Source: Eledone cirrhosa (lineage: Eukaryota). From it: a stretch of 64,000 bases of DNA. The notes beneath the pieces were generated by a model. That model saw nothing but the letters and a program-made list of their open reading frames with translations. It did not search any database and was not told the DNA's origin. Positions 40,607 to 56,705 of this stretch are shown in pieces. The stretch is from positions 69,378,001 to 69,442,000 of the forward strand of contig OZ024746.1 in NCBI GenBank assembly GCA_964016885.1, written 5' to 3'. The position numbers were made by a program, and so were the translations under genes. Position 1 is the stretch's first letter. Each line of letters begins with the position of its first letter.

Positions 40607-40804
40607 CAAGGGTCCGCTGAACAGTTCATAGGCTGACCAAGATACTCTCATGGAATGACTAAATGAGGTTTACTTTTTAACATAGTCTCTGGAAAGAAAC
40701 AATGCAGTTATTAATAAGAAGAGTTGAAATTAATGCATGCAAGATTTTACAGCTCTAGCATCACTCCTTCATAGTCAGCCAATGAACTTTTCAACCGACC
40801 CTCG
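40607..40804. mobile_element. Tc1/mariner-type MITE
   Basis: TA-caagggtccgctgaacagttcataggctgac ... gtcagccaatgaacttttcaaccgaccctcg-TA. Confidence 0.8.
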
Positions 40805-40845
40805 TATAGTGATCAATAAAATAAGTAGCCGACTAAAGCCTGGAA

Positions 40846-41085
40846 CACAAAACCCAAAATTAGTCTTAGTACATTGTCTTAGTACAATTCCCAAACATAG
40901 TCTTAGTACATTGTCTTAGTACAAAACCCAAACATAATCTTAGTACATTGTTTTAGTACATAGTCTTAGTACAATATCCAAACATAGTTCTAGTACATTG
41001 TCTTAGTACATAGTCTTAGTACAATACCCAAATATTGTCTTAGTACATAGGCTTAGTACAATACTCAGCCTTAGTTTTAGTACAA
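40846..41085. repeat. Degenerate minisatellite built on (T)AGTCTTAGTACA
   Basis: More than a dozen repeats of TTAGTACA. Confidence 0.85.
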
Positions 41086-42416
41086 TGACTGAAACCAGTA
41101 AAAGAGCAAAAGTATTCACATATTAAAAATATATTAGGAAAGAAAGAAAAGTATCTTTGACAGTAGCGTAGAGAGAGTTATGAAGTAACAAGTCCTAAAA
41201 AAGAAGAACTCGTCTTTTGATAGCAATGTTGATTCTTTAGTATGTTTTGTTTAACTCTCTTGTTTTTCAATAGACTTCGTTACTGATCTACAATCCATAC
41301 CAATACAAGTCTTTATTGTGCTTTCAATGTAATCTTGTTATTCCTCTAGATTTGTTTACCAAAAAGAATCTTTTTTTTAAAAGCATGAATCTTTAACACT
41401 AAGCGACAACGGAATAATTCTGCGAATGGATTTATCTATTGTAGTTCTAATCTTGTTTTGAAAGATCTGTTTTGTTGATCTGTTGATTTGCTTTATTTTT
41501 AGGTTTGCGAGGGAGGGGGTGGGGATTTTTTTTCGCGTGTAAAGAGGATTAGAGTGTTTTGTAACATCAAACTCTATCAATAAAGACTTTATTTTGCCTA
41601 TTCTGTTTGTTAGTATTTCTTTGTTTTTATGTTTCTTTTTCAGTGTTTTTTCTCCTTTTTTTTGTGTGTGTTGTTACATTTTGTTCTGTTGCGGTTATTG
41701 TTGGCAATTTCAGTGGATGATATAAGTGAGAATAGATTGTCTGTGGGTGAGACAAGTTTATGTAAATTAGTTGGATTTTACTTTGGGATTAACAGCAGGA
41801 AAATAACTGCACAAGTTACAGAAATCAGAGGGTAACATTATATTTTATTCGTTAAAAGAAGAAGAAAAGCGATAGGGCAAAAAAAAAAAAAAAATAGAAG
41901 AAGATATTCGTGACTGAAATATGATTTGAAAGACTTTTATAATTTCAAATTTTAAATGTTGAAATCATTGAAATCGATTTTTTCTTTTAAAAGATGTTTT
42001 GAATGTTATGTTCTGTAACAAAACGTTCTTCAACTGTATAATGTCACAACGAATCTCTGACTGTAATTTTTTCCTGTTCTTTTCAAAAGATCTGAACTTT
42101 GCTTCGCATTCAAGTAAAAAGTTAAACTCTTGGAATCATAATTTACAAGATCTGTGAACTTTGTTCTTTTTCGAACAAATTTTATTAAAACTTAAGGAGT
42201 ATTTAATTATTCATTATTGTGATCTTATTTCTTATACCATATAAATAAAAGCTTTCTAATTCTCTTTTACTCTATTCCTTTTTTAAAATGTAACTGTAAT
42301 AGGGCACCATTTTCAAAAATCAGATCGATTCTAGTACCTCGTATGTAGTGTAGTACATTGAATAACCTTTACTTATTGAATGGCTAAGTTATTCTTAGCG
42401 CAAAGTGAGGTAACTG

Positions 42417-42506
<90 letters not shown>

Positions 42507-42614
42507 CACACATATCATCCTAATATATACACTCTGCATGTGCATCGAGTACTCATATTGGTATTACCACCACTAAATCACTAAATCACCTATACTATAT
42601 ACATATATATAGTA

Positions 42615-42922
42615 TAGGTGGGAGTGAAAGGCCCATAGTTGTTGTCACAACACCTTTCTAGGAGAAGGAAACTGAAACAAAAACCTGCGGCTTCGGAAGC
42701 ATCCGATGTTGTTGACCAGTTCTCCTTTTCGGGTAGTGTTTTCGATGCTCAAAGAGTGGGATTGGTCGAGTGCAAGGCCTTTTACCACTTAAAAAACCTT
42801 TAAAGCACAAGCATGCTTGTTCAAGATCTGTTACAGGTTCGTGTAGCTGGCCGTAGCCTAAAGGTGAACCATTTTCTAATCTGACAAGCGATTGCAATAC
42901 TCTTAGCAGAGTTTGCAGCCAT

Positions 42923-42925
<3 letters not shown>
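42615..42925 (+). mobile_element. Distant relative of the ~600-bp non-autonomous element
   Basis: Contains CTAGGAGAAGGAAACT and ends GAGTTTGCAGCCATCA followed by (TA)n. Confidence 0.5.
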
Positions 42926-42991
<66 letters not shown>

Positions 42992-43047
42992 TTTAGTATT
43001 TGTTCTGGCTCACTGAGCTCTGCCTTCAAATCTCGTCCAGGTAAAAT

Positions 43048-44534
<1,487 letters not shown>

Positions 44535-44550
44535 TACATATATATATATA

Positions 44551-45242
44551 TATATGAATGAAAAATTGCGAGCTGTGTTGGTGCAAATATGATATATATA
44601 ATAAAGAATTAGAAATAGAAGCCAGGACTATCCATCATCAGTAGTCTACTAGCCATCATAGGTATTTCTTTGCATTACAGACCATACACCTCCGGCTAGG
44701 GCGATACGATAACTAAATTAAGTTATTGGGATAAAAAGAATTGGGTGGGGAAAGAGAGACAGGTAAACAAACACGAATGGTGAGGCAACGTAAAGAGAGG
44801 AAAACATTAGAAACTCAAGTCAATGATTCATTTTGAACATAAGAACGTGTGAATATTGACGAGAAGGCAAAAGACACATCTTGGCCGTGCGAATGTGAGC
44901 GAGGAAAGAATTTCGTACGGTGTGGGGCGATGGAGGAAGTGAGAGAGAGGGTAAGTAGCAGAGAGTGAGTGAGTGAAAGTGTGAGGAAGAGGCTAGCCGA
45001 GAGAGGGTGACTAGCAGAGGGGGTGAGTGAAAGTAAGAGGGAGAAGGAAAGAGAAGGGGGAGAGAGAAAGAGAATAGCAGTAAAGGAAGAGAAAAAGACA
45101 AGTCACAGCGAAGGGGAAAGCATATATGAATGAAAAATGGCGAGCTGTGTTGTGGCAAATATGATATATATAATAAAGAATTAGAAATAGAAGCCAGTAT
45201 TCAATATTCGCACGTTCTTATGTTCAAAATGAATCATTGACT

Positions 45243-45245
<3 letters not shown>
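44551..45245. mobile_element. (TA)n-flanked cassette with direct and inverted terminal repeats (PLE-like architecture)
   Basis: 44551-44624 repeats at about 45123-45197, and 44818-44859 is inverted at 45201-45242. An orphan CTGATGA lies on the minus strand near 44635. Confidence 0.55.
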
Positions 45246-45620
<375 letters not shown>

Positions 45621-45976
45621 ATGGAACTCACGACATTATGATCGTAAGTCCAACACCCTTACCACGAGGCTATCTCTCCGTTTGTTTTCATATTTTCTAT
45701 ACATTCTCTTCACTCTTTTATCTTTTATTCTTATTGTTCTTTCATTCATTTTATTCATTCTTTAATTTTCATTCTAATATTTTCCATTGTTTGTTCGTTT
45801 TGGTGTCTCGTAAATGTTCTTGTACTTTATTTGTACTTTATTTTCGCTTCTTTTTGTCTCTCTTTCTTCTCATTCATATCAATCTTACTACTTGCCGTCC
45901 ACTAATTACAGTTACATCATTCTAAAACCTCAGTCCCTCTTCTTCACATCTACCAAGCAACAGTTTGGCAATAGAA

Positions 45977-46514
45977 CAGGGGTGTGCAACATATTCCATT
46001 GGCGGGCCACTTTTGAACATTGGAACAACTATTAGGCCAAGAACTGATACGGACTGTAACAACCTGTCCGATCTCAAATTGCTATAGTTCAACAGGAGTT
46101 ACAAGTGGAAAGATGCTGCACTAAAAAGACCTGTCCAACCCATGCAAGTGTGGAACAGCAGACATAAAAATGATGATTGATGATATGGGATTTTCCCAAT
46201 CTATCTAGGAAGGCAGCAACTCCTAATAAAAACTGATATGGACTGTAACAACCTGTCCAATCCAGGTCAGCATGGAAAGCTGATGTAACATGATGATAAT
46301 AAAAGAAAGTTTAAATCATTCCAAATTCTTGATTATTTTCCAAACAAATTTCACAAAATATAAATAATTGTAATGTATTTCATTAGAAATATAGCAATGA
46401 AACTTACTATATTTAGTTCAATCAAGAAATAAATCAAATAATTTATTCAACCAACAAATTGAAAGTAAACAATTGCTGATATGAAGAGCCAACAAAGAGT
46501 CTCTATATCAGGGG

Positions 46515-46576
<62 letters not shown>

Positions 46577-46653
46577 GTTTAACGTCTATCTTCCACTCTG
46601 ACTGGCCTGGCGAGCCGGATTGTGGCTCGCGGGCCGCCTGTTGCACGCCCCTG
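45977..46653. mobile_element. hAT-type MITE carrying nested RTE-type 3' tails
   Basis: TIRs CAGGGGTGTGCAACA / TGTTGCACGCCCCTG; perfect 8-bp TSD CAATAGAA. Internal tccaacccatgc...(gat)n tails and (cat)n-cgtttaacgtc. Confidence 0.88.
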
Positions 46654-46703
46654 CAATAGAAGAATACTTTGCGGAGTATATGTATCAAGGAAAGACATAC
46701 AAG

Positions 46704-46744
<41 letters not shown>

Positions 46745-46954
46745 CTTCTTCTTCTTCTTCTTCTTCTTCTTCTTCTTCTTCTTCTTCTTCTTCTTCATTG
46801 CCCACTTATTCCTGAGAGGGTCGTGGGGGAAGAGTTCTCAAACACTACTACCATACATGTTAACTATAAAAAATAAAACGACACTGGAAGGGAAAAAATG
46901 AGGAAATATGAGTTAATAAAATCGCATTTCGTATTTGTATTTTGTACTGTTAGT

Positions 46955-47210
46955 GGAGGCACGTGGCCTAGTGGTAAGGGTGTTGGACTTACGATCGTAA
47001 TGTCGTAAGTTCGATTCCTCGGCTGCGTGTTGTGTTCTTGAGCAAACACTTCATTTCACGTTGCTCCAGTATACTCAGCTGAAAACGAGTGCCGGCAATA
47101 GCTGGGGGTTTAACCCTGCGATGGACTGGCGTCCTGTCCAGGGGAAGTCTTGTACTCGATTGACTTTTCGTCAAATTGGACCGAGGAAACAATGTTTCAG
47201 TTGGTTTTTC
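46955..47210 (+). mobile_element. SINE family B, full length; opposed copy at 47250-47369 (-)
   Basis: ggaggcacgtggcctagtggtaagg (A box) and gttcgattcc (B box). Confidence 0.85.
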
Positions 47211-47874
47211 CAATTGCTAATACTATCTGTCGATCGCAACTCCAGGGAGAAGGAGCAGCGTGAAATAAAATGTCTTGCTCAAGGACATAACGCATCACCC
47301 GGTCCAGGAATCGAACTCACAACTCACGATTGCGAATCCAATTCTCTAACCACTCAGCCACGCGCCTTCACTATAGCTTCCCGCCATGAAACCGGGTTAA
47401 GCACCGGTCTAACGAGCCTTAGATATTGTACTGTTGCTTTTTCCATCGAATTTCAATCCTTTAATCAACAAGAAAGAAACAAGACGAAAAGAAAGACGTG
47501 AAATGTTCTTGTGGAAACATCAAAGTTTAACAATCATTTTGTTTAATTTTATATATTTATTTCTTATTGTTTCTATTGCATTTCAATGATTGAAAATAAC
47601 CAGTTCGAGAAGTATTCGACAAATTTCCTTCCAGAAATTCTTTTCAAAGACGACCTTTAAACACAAAAAATCGAAAGAAAGAAATATATAGGAAATCTTA
47701 TTTTTAGTTGTACCCTGAACTGAAACAGGAAGACAATGAAAAGCAAAAAGTCGAAGAAAAGAAACCGACCATAAATTTTGAATAGAAAATTCCGAAATGG
47801 ACCTATGAACTAATTTCTATTAATAACTGAGAAAGAAAATAAAAAGAAAAAAAAAGAAAAGAAAAGACAAAATA

Positions 47875-48590
47875 GAACTTCTAATTTAGGCACAATGCCA
47901 GCAATTTGGGGCGGGCGAGTCGATTATATCAACCCCAGTACTTAACAGGCACTTTATTTTATCGAGCCCGGAAAGATGAAAGTCAAAGTTGACTTCGTTG
48001 GGATTTGAACTCAGAATGAAAAGAAAAAGAACAAATACTGCTAAGCATAATAATTATTTCTACTTTTGGCACAAGGCCAGCAATTATCTCAGTGTATTAC
48101 TGGTACTTTATTTTATTGAACCCGTAAGGATGAAAGGCAAAGTTAACCTCGGCGGGATTTTAACTCAGACCATAAAGGGCTGTAACTCTTTGCTGCAAAG
48201 CATGGCGTCAGATCCTCCAATCCACCACCGTGAGTTTCTACTTTTGGCACAAGGCCAGCGATTACTCCAGTGCATCACTGGTACCTTATTTTATCGACCT
48301 TGTAAAGATGAACGGCAAAGTTAACCTCGGCGGATTTGAACTCAGAACGCTAAGCATAATAATTGTTTCTACTTTAGGCACAAGGCCAGCAACGCTAAGC
48401 ATAATAATAATAATGGTTTTGTAGTATTTAGTTATGGCCTTTTACGTTTAAATCCAGCCGGGGTTAGCTTTGCCTTTCATCCTTGCAAGGTCGATAAACT
48501 AAAGTACCAGTAATATACTGGTGTGGATTTAATCGACTTCCCCCTCCCCCGAAATGGTTGGTCTTGTGCCTAAATCAGAAACCATTATTT
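47875..48590. mobile_element. Cluster of at least 4 SINE family A copies and fragments (three minus, one plus)
   Basis: Repeated ggcacaaggccagc...ggtactttattttatcga...gatgaaaggcaaagttaacctcggcgg. Confidence 0.85.
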
Positions 48591-48699
48591 TGTTCTTATA
48601 ATTGTTTGTCGCCAAATATTTGTCTCGTGCAGCGAAAATCAGTCATCCCATTTTTTGCTTTTCGTTTAGAGATTTGAGCTACTATTGACATTCTAGAAA

Positions 48700-48965
48700 T
48701 CCCTGGCTAGGCAGTGCTACCCGGGGGGGTGTTGCTGATTCGAGATAAGCTCTACAGGCCTAGCCTGTCCCAGATGTGTGCAGAGCCATCGCACTCATTC
48801 GTCCAGTGTCCAAGCATTACTAACATGTGGAGCTATGTCGAACAGCTGCTGTCGATTGTAGGACTGATCCGGCTATTGGGTGAGTTCATCGTGGTGATAG
48901 CTCCACCAAGTTCTTTCAGTCAGGAACGGCAGATAGATTTCATGACTGGTGGCCAATTATATTTG
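48700..48965 (+). pseudogene. Decayed Tx1 ORF2 3' fragment
   Basis: Homologous to 52220-52600 (KSLA.QCY, RDKLYR, VQCP...WSYVE). Confidence 0.7.
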
Positions 48966-49091
48966 AAGAAGAAAAAAAAATATATATATTGCAAGAGATG
49001 TCAACATGAAGGGACCTGTTATTTTTATCTAAAGACATTTTTTCCAATTCCATCCTGCCCGCCCCCTCAATCTATCTTATTTCTCATTCTT

Positions 49092-49127
49092 TCTTCTGAT
49101 GAAGGACTAGCGTCCGAAACGTTTAGA
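49092..49127 (+). ncRNA. Minimal type I hammerhead (copy of 45405-45440)
   Basis: tctt-CTGATGA-a ggac tagc gtcc-GAAA-cg-TT-taga, with one stem I mismatch. Confidence 0.65.
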
Positions 49128-49208
49128 CCCTCTTCCTGCTATATCAAGCGTTAAGCTAATATATACCTTCCATATACTGTACCGATTGTGTTGTTATTTC
49201 TGTTTACC

Positions 49209-49372
<164 letters not shown>

Positions 49373-49588
49373 TATATATATATATCTTTCTTATAGACAA
49401 TTATTAAATATATAAATAGATAAATAAATGCCATTGTTAATTAATAAATAAATCAACTAATACCTTAACACTTCACACAAAGTAAAACATTTCGTTTTAA
49501 TCATTTTCTAACCCAGAAAAAAGAGAGAAAGAAAGATAAAAGGAAAAAAAAAATTTTTTCTTCCTGATAATCGTCTCTTTCTCCCTGT

Positions 49589-49654
<66 letters not shown>

Positions 49655-49664
49655 CGTTTCTGAA

Positions 49665-49986
49665 TCACAAACACACACAGACACCCGGATGTGGCGCATG
49701 CGCAAACTGAGCACGCAACCCACACACAAACAAAATGGCGTAGGATAGAAGAAAGGAAAGGCACAGAAACGAAGAAAGAAATCCCCAGTCACTGAAGAGG
49801 TCACAGAGTGTGTGACGAAAGAACTATGACTATATATATATAAACAACTATCTGGTTGTGGAACCAACCAACCAACCAGAAATTTATAAATTTGTAAATT
49901 TATAAATATATATTAAATTAAATTGAAGTGAAAGCAACTGGTGCGTGTGTTTCTTATTGGCAACATGACCCTCCCAAAGTATAACA

Positions 49987-49990
<4 letters not shown>
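49665..49990 (+). mobile_element. Solo PLE pLTR (same family as 33980-34296) with hammerhead at 49787-49831
   Basis: agtca-CTGAAGA-ggtcac...gtgac-GAAA-gaac-TA-tgact; ends catgaccctcccaaagtataacaat, then (TA)n. Confidence 0.85.
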
Positions 49991-50019
<29 letters not shown>

Positions 50020-50325
50020 CATATATATATAAATATATATAAATATATACATATACATATATATACATATATATATATACATATATACATATATATATAT
50101 ACAATTGGAAATTTTGTAAAATGGAATCTCTGGCGGTTTCCAAGCAAATTCAGCCTACTTATATGAAATGATGAGTTAGCAAAGCACTCGATAAGGTAGG
50201 TCCTTAGAGTAATAACATACGTTTAAATAGCTTGACAAATCGAACATTGTGGTAGGCAAAATCTAACACACAATATGTATACCAAAGTAACGATAGAACT
50301 AACAGGTTGAGAAAAATACACCTGG

Positions 50326-50438
<113 letters not shown>

Positions 50439-50581
50439 GGAGATGAATAAATTGGGTATAATACCAATTTGTTACCAAATGCGAAGAAGCTCGATTTAGA
50501 GTGCAAAGACCGAAACTAATCACTACTACAAAATTGCCCCCCCCCCCCCCAAAAAAAATTTCATAAATGCTTCCACCGCTC

Positions 50582-50651
<70 letters not shown>

Positions 50652-51229
50652 GTGTGTGGTTGTGTATGTGTATTATGCGCATCGCATGTATTTGTGTGTG
50701 ATACAGTCCTAACCATCTGTTAGAAATAATCAATTCCATTAAAATAATCTTTCTCTGAACATTGCGTAAATAAATATCTTAGAAAGTGACGAAAATAATA
50801 AAAGAAGAAAAGCAAGGTTTATAAGATGAACGCATTTCATAGGAATCAATTTCTGTAATTGAAATACCAATTTTTGTATTTATTTTCAAATAAATAGTTC
50901 TGTCGCTATGTCGCTTTGTTTTCGTTCTTTTATTCTTGCTTTCCATTTCAACATCTCTAGTTTGATGAAAACAATTCTGCTAAAGTATAAACATGTTTAT
51001 TGCTTGAAATATGGAAGGTCATTCAGGCAAACGTTCAGTCATCACATGGTGTGTAAACAGGACTGAGAGTTGCATCACTACGAAGAAAAGGATGTTAGGT
51101 GTTATTTTGGGTTAATATTTGTGTGGTTCAAATTAGAAAAAATAAAAGAATAGTTTTTCTTTCTCTTTTATTATTATTGTTCTTTGAGTCTCAGTCATTG
51201 ATGTTATTTAACTGGAAAGTTTGTTGAAA

Positions 51230-51590
51230 TGAATATCAAGCCACTACCTGCAGCCTCAGACATTCAGGACGTATCGGAGGGTTCTTGCTGTGTCCAGCAA
51301 GCATGCCTTTTGAAGTGTTCCAAAAAGCGGGGCTGGACTAATCTTCTTTAACCATCCTTGGAAACTCTTTGAGATAGTACCTAGTGCGTCTATGACAATC
51401 TTGTGCTGATATAATCAGTCCTTCGTCTCCGATTTCAGTTCAGAGGATGCCAACCACTGATGGGTTAAAGGTTTGTCAACATCAGGATTGTTAGCTCTTT
51501 CTGGGTATTTTCTTGCCATTTCTTAGTCAGTTTCTGTAGCAGTTCTTTCTTTGCAGTTACTTTTACCTGCTTTGCTTTTTCTGTGTTTTT
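51230..51590 (-). pseudogene. R4/Dong-like 3' fragment, internally deleted
   Basis: DVDKPLTHQWLASSELKSET...SAQD joined to IVIDALGTISK...LQKACLLDTARTLRYVL*. Confidence 0.7.
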
Positions 51591-51622
51591 CATTCATTCA
51601 TTCATTTTGTATTATTATTACA

Positions 51623-52969
51623 GGTTAAATTGCTAGGGGTCTGGTTCGGTCCGGACCTCCAGACGGACAAAAACTGGGACGAGGTGACGAGAAATAGGCG
51701 GAGAGGAAGCTATCCCTGAAAGGTCGAGCGGAGGTAGCTAACGCGTAGATCGCGTCCGTCATCTACTACCGCCTAACCGCCGTACCTTGTCCTAAGCCCC
51801 GCCTGACTGCACTGGAGCGTTTGCTCTTTCGCTTTTTGTGGAAGGCTGGGCATGCCGTGGGTGATGATGCGCAGACACGCGCTCAGGCTACGACATCTCC
51901 ACCTCTTCCTCGACGGTGCTCAGGTGTGGTCGCCGTTTGCTTGACGCGTCTTTCCCCAGCTCGTCTCCTTGACGGAGCTGCAGTCCTGGGTCAAGCGAAG
52001 ACCGAGAGGGAGCGCTTGGAGACTGGAATGTCTTCAGGCGCTCACAGCCCTCGACCAATAGGGCAATGTGATCGGTGGAAACTCCACCTTGGCGTTCTAT
52101 AGAGGATTAGTGGAGGGGAAGAGCGACGACGTACTTGGGGAAACTCTAGGCGTCGACGAAAATCAACTAGCCCATCTCTTCGGAAGAACTTTCGGGCCGG
52201 GGCCTATGGACAACTTCCAGAAATCCCTGGCCTGGCAGTGCTACCGAGGAGCTTTGCCAGTTCGGGATAAACTTTACAGGCATGGAGGTGCTGTCAGCCG
52301 GGCATGTCCGAGATGCGCGCAGGGCGATGAAACCGTCCTGCACGCACTCGTCCAGTGTCCAAACATTGCTGACTTGTGGGTTTATGTCGAACACCTGCTG
52401 TCGCGTTTAGGACGGATCCAGCTATCATCTGAGTCCATCGTGAGGATTGCCCCGCCCTCCTCCTTTAGCCGGGAAGGGCAGGCAGTTTTTATCTGTCTGG
52501 TGGCCATGGCGAAAGAGATAGTATGGTGGACACGTTTGAAAGGGCTGAAGACGAGCACTTACCTCTTCGGTGATGCTCTGATTGACTTTTTCAAATTTCA
52601 TTTGAAAAGGAAAATCAGAGTAGAGAGGGAAGTGCTCTCTTCCCAGCATTTTGTTGAAAGATGGGTGAGAGAAGCAAGAATGGCCCGAGTGAATGGGCCT
52701 ACTCTGAGTATATATCTGTAAATTAAAGGTGGAAAACTGGGAGAGGGCACTTGCCTTGGTGGTCAGGGTCATTGTGGCTTTTTACTGGGCTTTCTCCACA
52801 AATGTCCCTCCGAAGTCTCCCCCCTATTGGGGAATTTTTCATTGTTATTTTTTGTTACATCCTCTGTTTTTGTTTTTTACACGCAGAAATGCCCATTTGT
52901 ACCGTCCTGCATTGTCCTGCACTGTCCTTAATGTCTACTTTATGTAAACCCTTGTGGTTAATAAATAAA

Positions 52970-53022
<53 letters not shown>
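51623..53022 (+). mobile_element. 5'-truncated Tx1 element of a sister subfamily with (TTA)n tail
   Basis: VKLLGVWFGPDLQ, MDNFQKSLAWQCYRGALPVRDKL and CPRC...ETVLHALVQC; AATAAA near 52961 then (TTA)n. Confidence 0.9.
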
Positions 53023-53039
53023 GCTTGCGGGATTTGAAC

Positions 53040-53172
53040 CCATTCTGAGTTCAAATCCCGCCGAGGTTAACTTTGCCTTTCATCCTTACGGGGTCGATAA
53101 AATAAAGTACCAGTAATACACTAGGTAATTGCTGGACTTGTGCCAAAAATAGAAACAATTATTATTATTATT
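53040..53172 (+). mobile_element. SINE family A, 5'-truncated
   Basis: Matches the family consensus. Confidence 0.8.
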
Positions 53173-53717
53173 GTTTGATCAAACCGAGAATAATTGAGTT
53201 GAGAACTGTTTATTGTCATCGGTCGGTTCTTGTATGCCTTGCTTCTTGCTTCATATGAAGCTTTTTTGATTTGGTTGATTTCAGGACTTGGATATCTCGT
53301 TTTTGTATTTTTGTTTTCCTGTTTTCCTGGGGAAGGGGGGGGGGGGGTATTTTGTTATTTTGCCAGGTAGGATGTTGAAAAACACACATTTACACACATA
53401 AAATAATAATAAAAAAAAAACCCAACACAATTTGACGCCTGTCTTAGTGAGTAGGAAGTCATTAGTTGACAGAATAACAACAAAACAAGTTGCAATGATT
53501 ACATTTCGCTTTTGCATACTCATCTTTCGGGGAATAAATGAATTAACAATATATAATTCGTTAAGAAAAGCTTAAATATTAAATAAAATCTTGCAATATA
53601 TATATGTATTGCTATATCGTATTAGCATATGAATAAATGTTTAATATGATGATCATATTCAGAACTACTTAATTAAAATATGTGTACAATTAAATATCTA
53701 AATATACTGGAAGTAGG

Positions 53718-53836
<119 letters not shown>

Positions 53837-53966
53837 ATATGTATATTATTAGTGATCCTAGACTGATATGTTGTACAACAATGAAACATGCGTCAGTGTT
53901 ATGCAATAAATGTTATTCCCACTCTTCTGGATTGTGATGCTTTCAGTAATAACTTTGTAAATTTTA

Positions 53967-54027
<61 letters not shown>

Positions 54028-54403
54028 ATACAAGTTGTAGAGTTACCAAGGCAACAATGTCGAAAGAGAATTGAACGAGCACAAGGAATGGGAGAAGAAA
54101 GAAAATAAACGGACGAGAATGATTGTTACCTTCGTAGTTTATTAGTCCCAATATTTCGGATTTACCATCCATTATCAAGGGGGATTCGGAGGGAAAAACC
54201 CTCAGAGAAATTGGCGAGTTTTTTCCGGATCGGTGCTTATTTTTTAACAGTTATACCTCAACTCTCTGAATTCCTTTCCAACTTTGTTGCCCTAGTAATT
54301 CAAACCCACTGCATTTTAACGACTTCCTAAACATACTCACTTTTCACTTTCATATTCTACAATGCTTCAAGCGATCTACAACACCCTCTTATATATATAT
54401 ATA

Positions 54404-54477
<74 letters not shown>

Positions 54478-54481
<4 letters not shown>

Positions 54482-54616
54482 ATGTGGTTGACGGCTAAGA
54501 GAAAGGAGTACTCAATACCGAAGTAGAGTTTTAATATTCATTTTGTTAAGGCTGAACAGTGAGTCTTGTTACTCTGGAGATTCGCCTGTTTATCACAGCC
54601 TTAATAAAATGAATAT
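54478..54616 (-). mobile_element. Mini fold-back cassette plus tail, inside (TA)n
   Basis: tattcattttgttaaggctg ... cagccttaataaaatgaata (20-bp arms); minus-strand tail ACTCTACTTCGGTATTGAGTACTC. Confidence 0.6.
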
Positions 54617-54622
54617 ATATAT

Positions 54623-55530
54623 ATATATAAAATTTAAAGGGTATATACATATAAACTAGACAAAGTCATATATATATCTATTTTTTGTTTTTGGCAACCA
54701 TTCACGGTGTGGCTTAATGAAGAATTAATTAAATAATTAATAATCAGAGCAATATATAAAAAAGTAATGATTTATGCTGATTGGGAGAAGAAATACTGTA
54801 TATATTTTATCTAATGATTCTATGGACTTATTTTTTTAATATATTGCTCTGATTATTAATTATTTAATTAATTCTTCATTGAGCCACACCGTGAATGGTT
54901 GCCAAAAACATATATATTTATCTATGACTTTGTCTAGTTTATATGTATATACCCTTTAAATTTTATATACTCCCTTAAGGTTGAGTAAAGCTTTAGGCAG
55001 TATTCGGCTGCGCTTTCTAGCAACCAGCCTACTCGCCGACAATCACAAACTGTCTGCCTTGACCACTGGCCACGTGATGATTCTTAGCCATTTTGAATTC
55101 GTTTCTGGCGGTGATCATGGTAGAAAATCTTTGTCCAATTGAGTTATCTCCTGATGATTTCCAAACCTCGTTGATTTATTCAAGATCGGATATATCCAAA
55201 AATGGAATGAAACCGCCGGAGGTAGAGATATTTTGATGATTTTGGTAAGGTTTATGTACATTTTTTCTTCTAATTTTGATTTTGTACCTAATTATGTATG
55301 GTTAACTATATGTCTAGTCAATTTCTACAGGCTATCAGAAATATTAGGTAAATTTCTTGTAGCTATAAGTCGCGGATAAGAAGCTATATCATTTATCTAT
55401 TGTTTCTTCATAAGTATATTTTAAACTTATAGCCTCGTTTAAATGATTTTTTGTTGGTTGATTTATGCTGATTGGGAGAAGAAATACTGTATATATTTTA
55501 TCTAATGATTCTATGGACTTACTTTTATAT
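54623..55530 (+). mobile_element. Fold-back cassette (about 140-bp arms) whose loop recurs downstream as a direct repeat
   Basis: 54623-54765 versus 54826-54968; loop 54767-54830 repeated at about 55459-55520; ACTC...GAGT follows the arm immediately. Confidence 0.75.
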
Positions 55531-55597
55531 ATATATTTATTCATTATATATACATATGTATATATAAAATGAATATATATATATTCATGATATATGC

Positions 55598-55666
<69 letters not shown>

Positions 55667-56705
55667 TATCAATTTATGTGTATGTGCATGCGTGTGTGCG
55701 CGCGCGTGTATCTGTAGGAGAAAACAACCGCTCTCATGCTAAAATTTGCTGTCGATATCAGTAGAGGTGACTATATGAAAGTAAGTATTGACAATCAAAC
55801 TCGCTTGTACACAGCTGTTATACTGAAAGAACATAGAAAACAGACTGAAGAAGCATGCTAATGAAATAACTCAAAGTAAGCAACCCAAATGAATAACAAA
55901 GCTGAAAGAAAATCAACTGCATGTGCCGTACAATAGGACATTTAGATACTATAACATTGTATAATATTAAGGCTCATAAACTACATCTACATCTTATGAA
56001 AACTACGTAAACTACATCTTTTGTAGAAAAAATAACTGATTAAAATATAGGGAGATTTTACGCTCCAAACTCTTGAAAGGAAAATAATTGTTTCTACACT
56101 TTGGCACAAGGCCATCAATTACCCCAGCACATTACTGGTACTTTATTTTATCTCCGTAAAACGCCCATCTCAGGAAGATCTTATAACATATTCATCTAAA
56201 ATCTGGAATGAAAAGACGGAGTACATCATGGCGATATACAATGAAGAAGGAATGATATATCAACATCAACAATAAATCATACACTGTCAACAAAGTATTA
56301 ACGGGCAATGTGGACAACGATAGAATAAGCATAGCATGTTTAATCAAACATAAAAATATAGCAGTCGTTATTTTCTTCTTTAAAAAATGCAGTATTCCAC
56401 AATGCATTTGCAACACTAGTACTGAAATCAGTATTCCGATACGTGACTTGTCTATAAAGGAAATCCGCTCCATAGATATTAAAACCAACAAGATCCTGAT
56501 ATCAAGTGGAAGCTTTCACAGAAATAGTTGTAGTATTCTCACATTTCACATACATTTCCGTTATATCTGTTTCCGGCAAGCTTCATCTTGGATTGATAAT
56601 AATTAAACATGCTTTGCTACAGTGAATGTAGTTTGAGATCATTAAATTTATAAGAAATAGAAACATACAGATGAGATGTGCCTAACTCATAATATACTAA
56701 TTACG

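Noticed and set aside
46955-47030. tRNA-like sequences with A and B boxes (also 23817 and 44221)
   Set aside because: No complete cloverleaf or acceptor stem, and they continue into a shared SINE body; these are SINE heads.
55180-55270. RYFDDF resembling an RT YxDD motif
   Set aside because: Surrounded by stops with no other RT motifs recognisable; too short to call.
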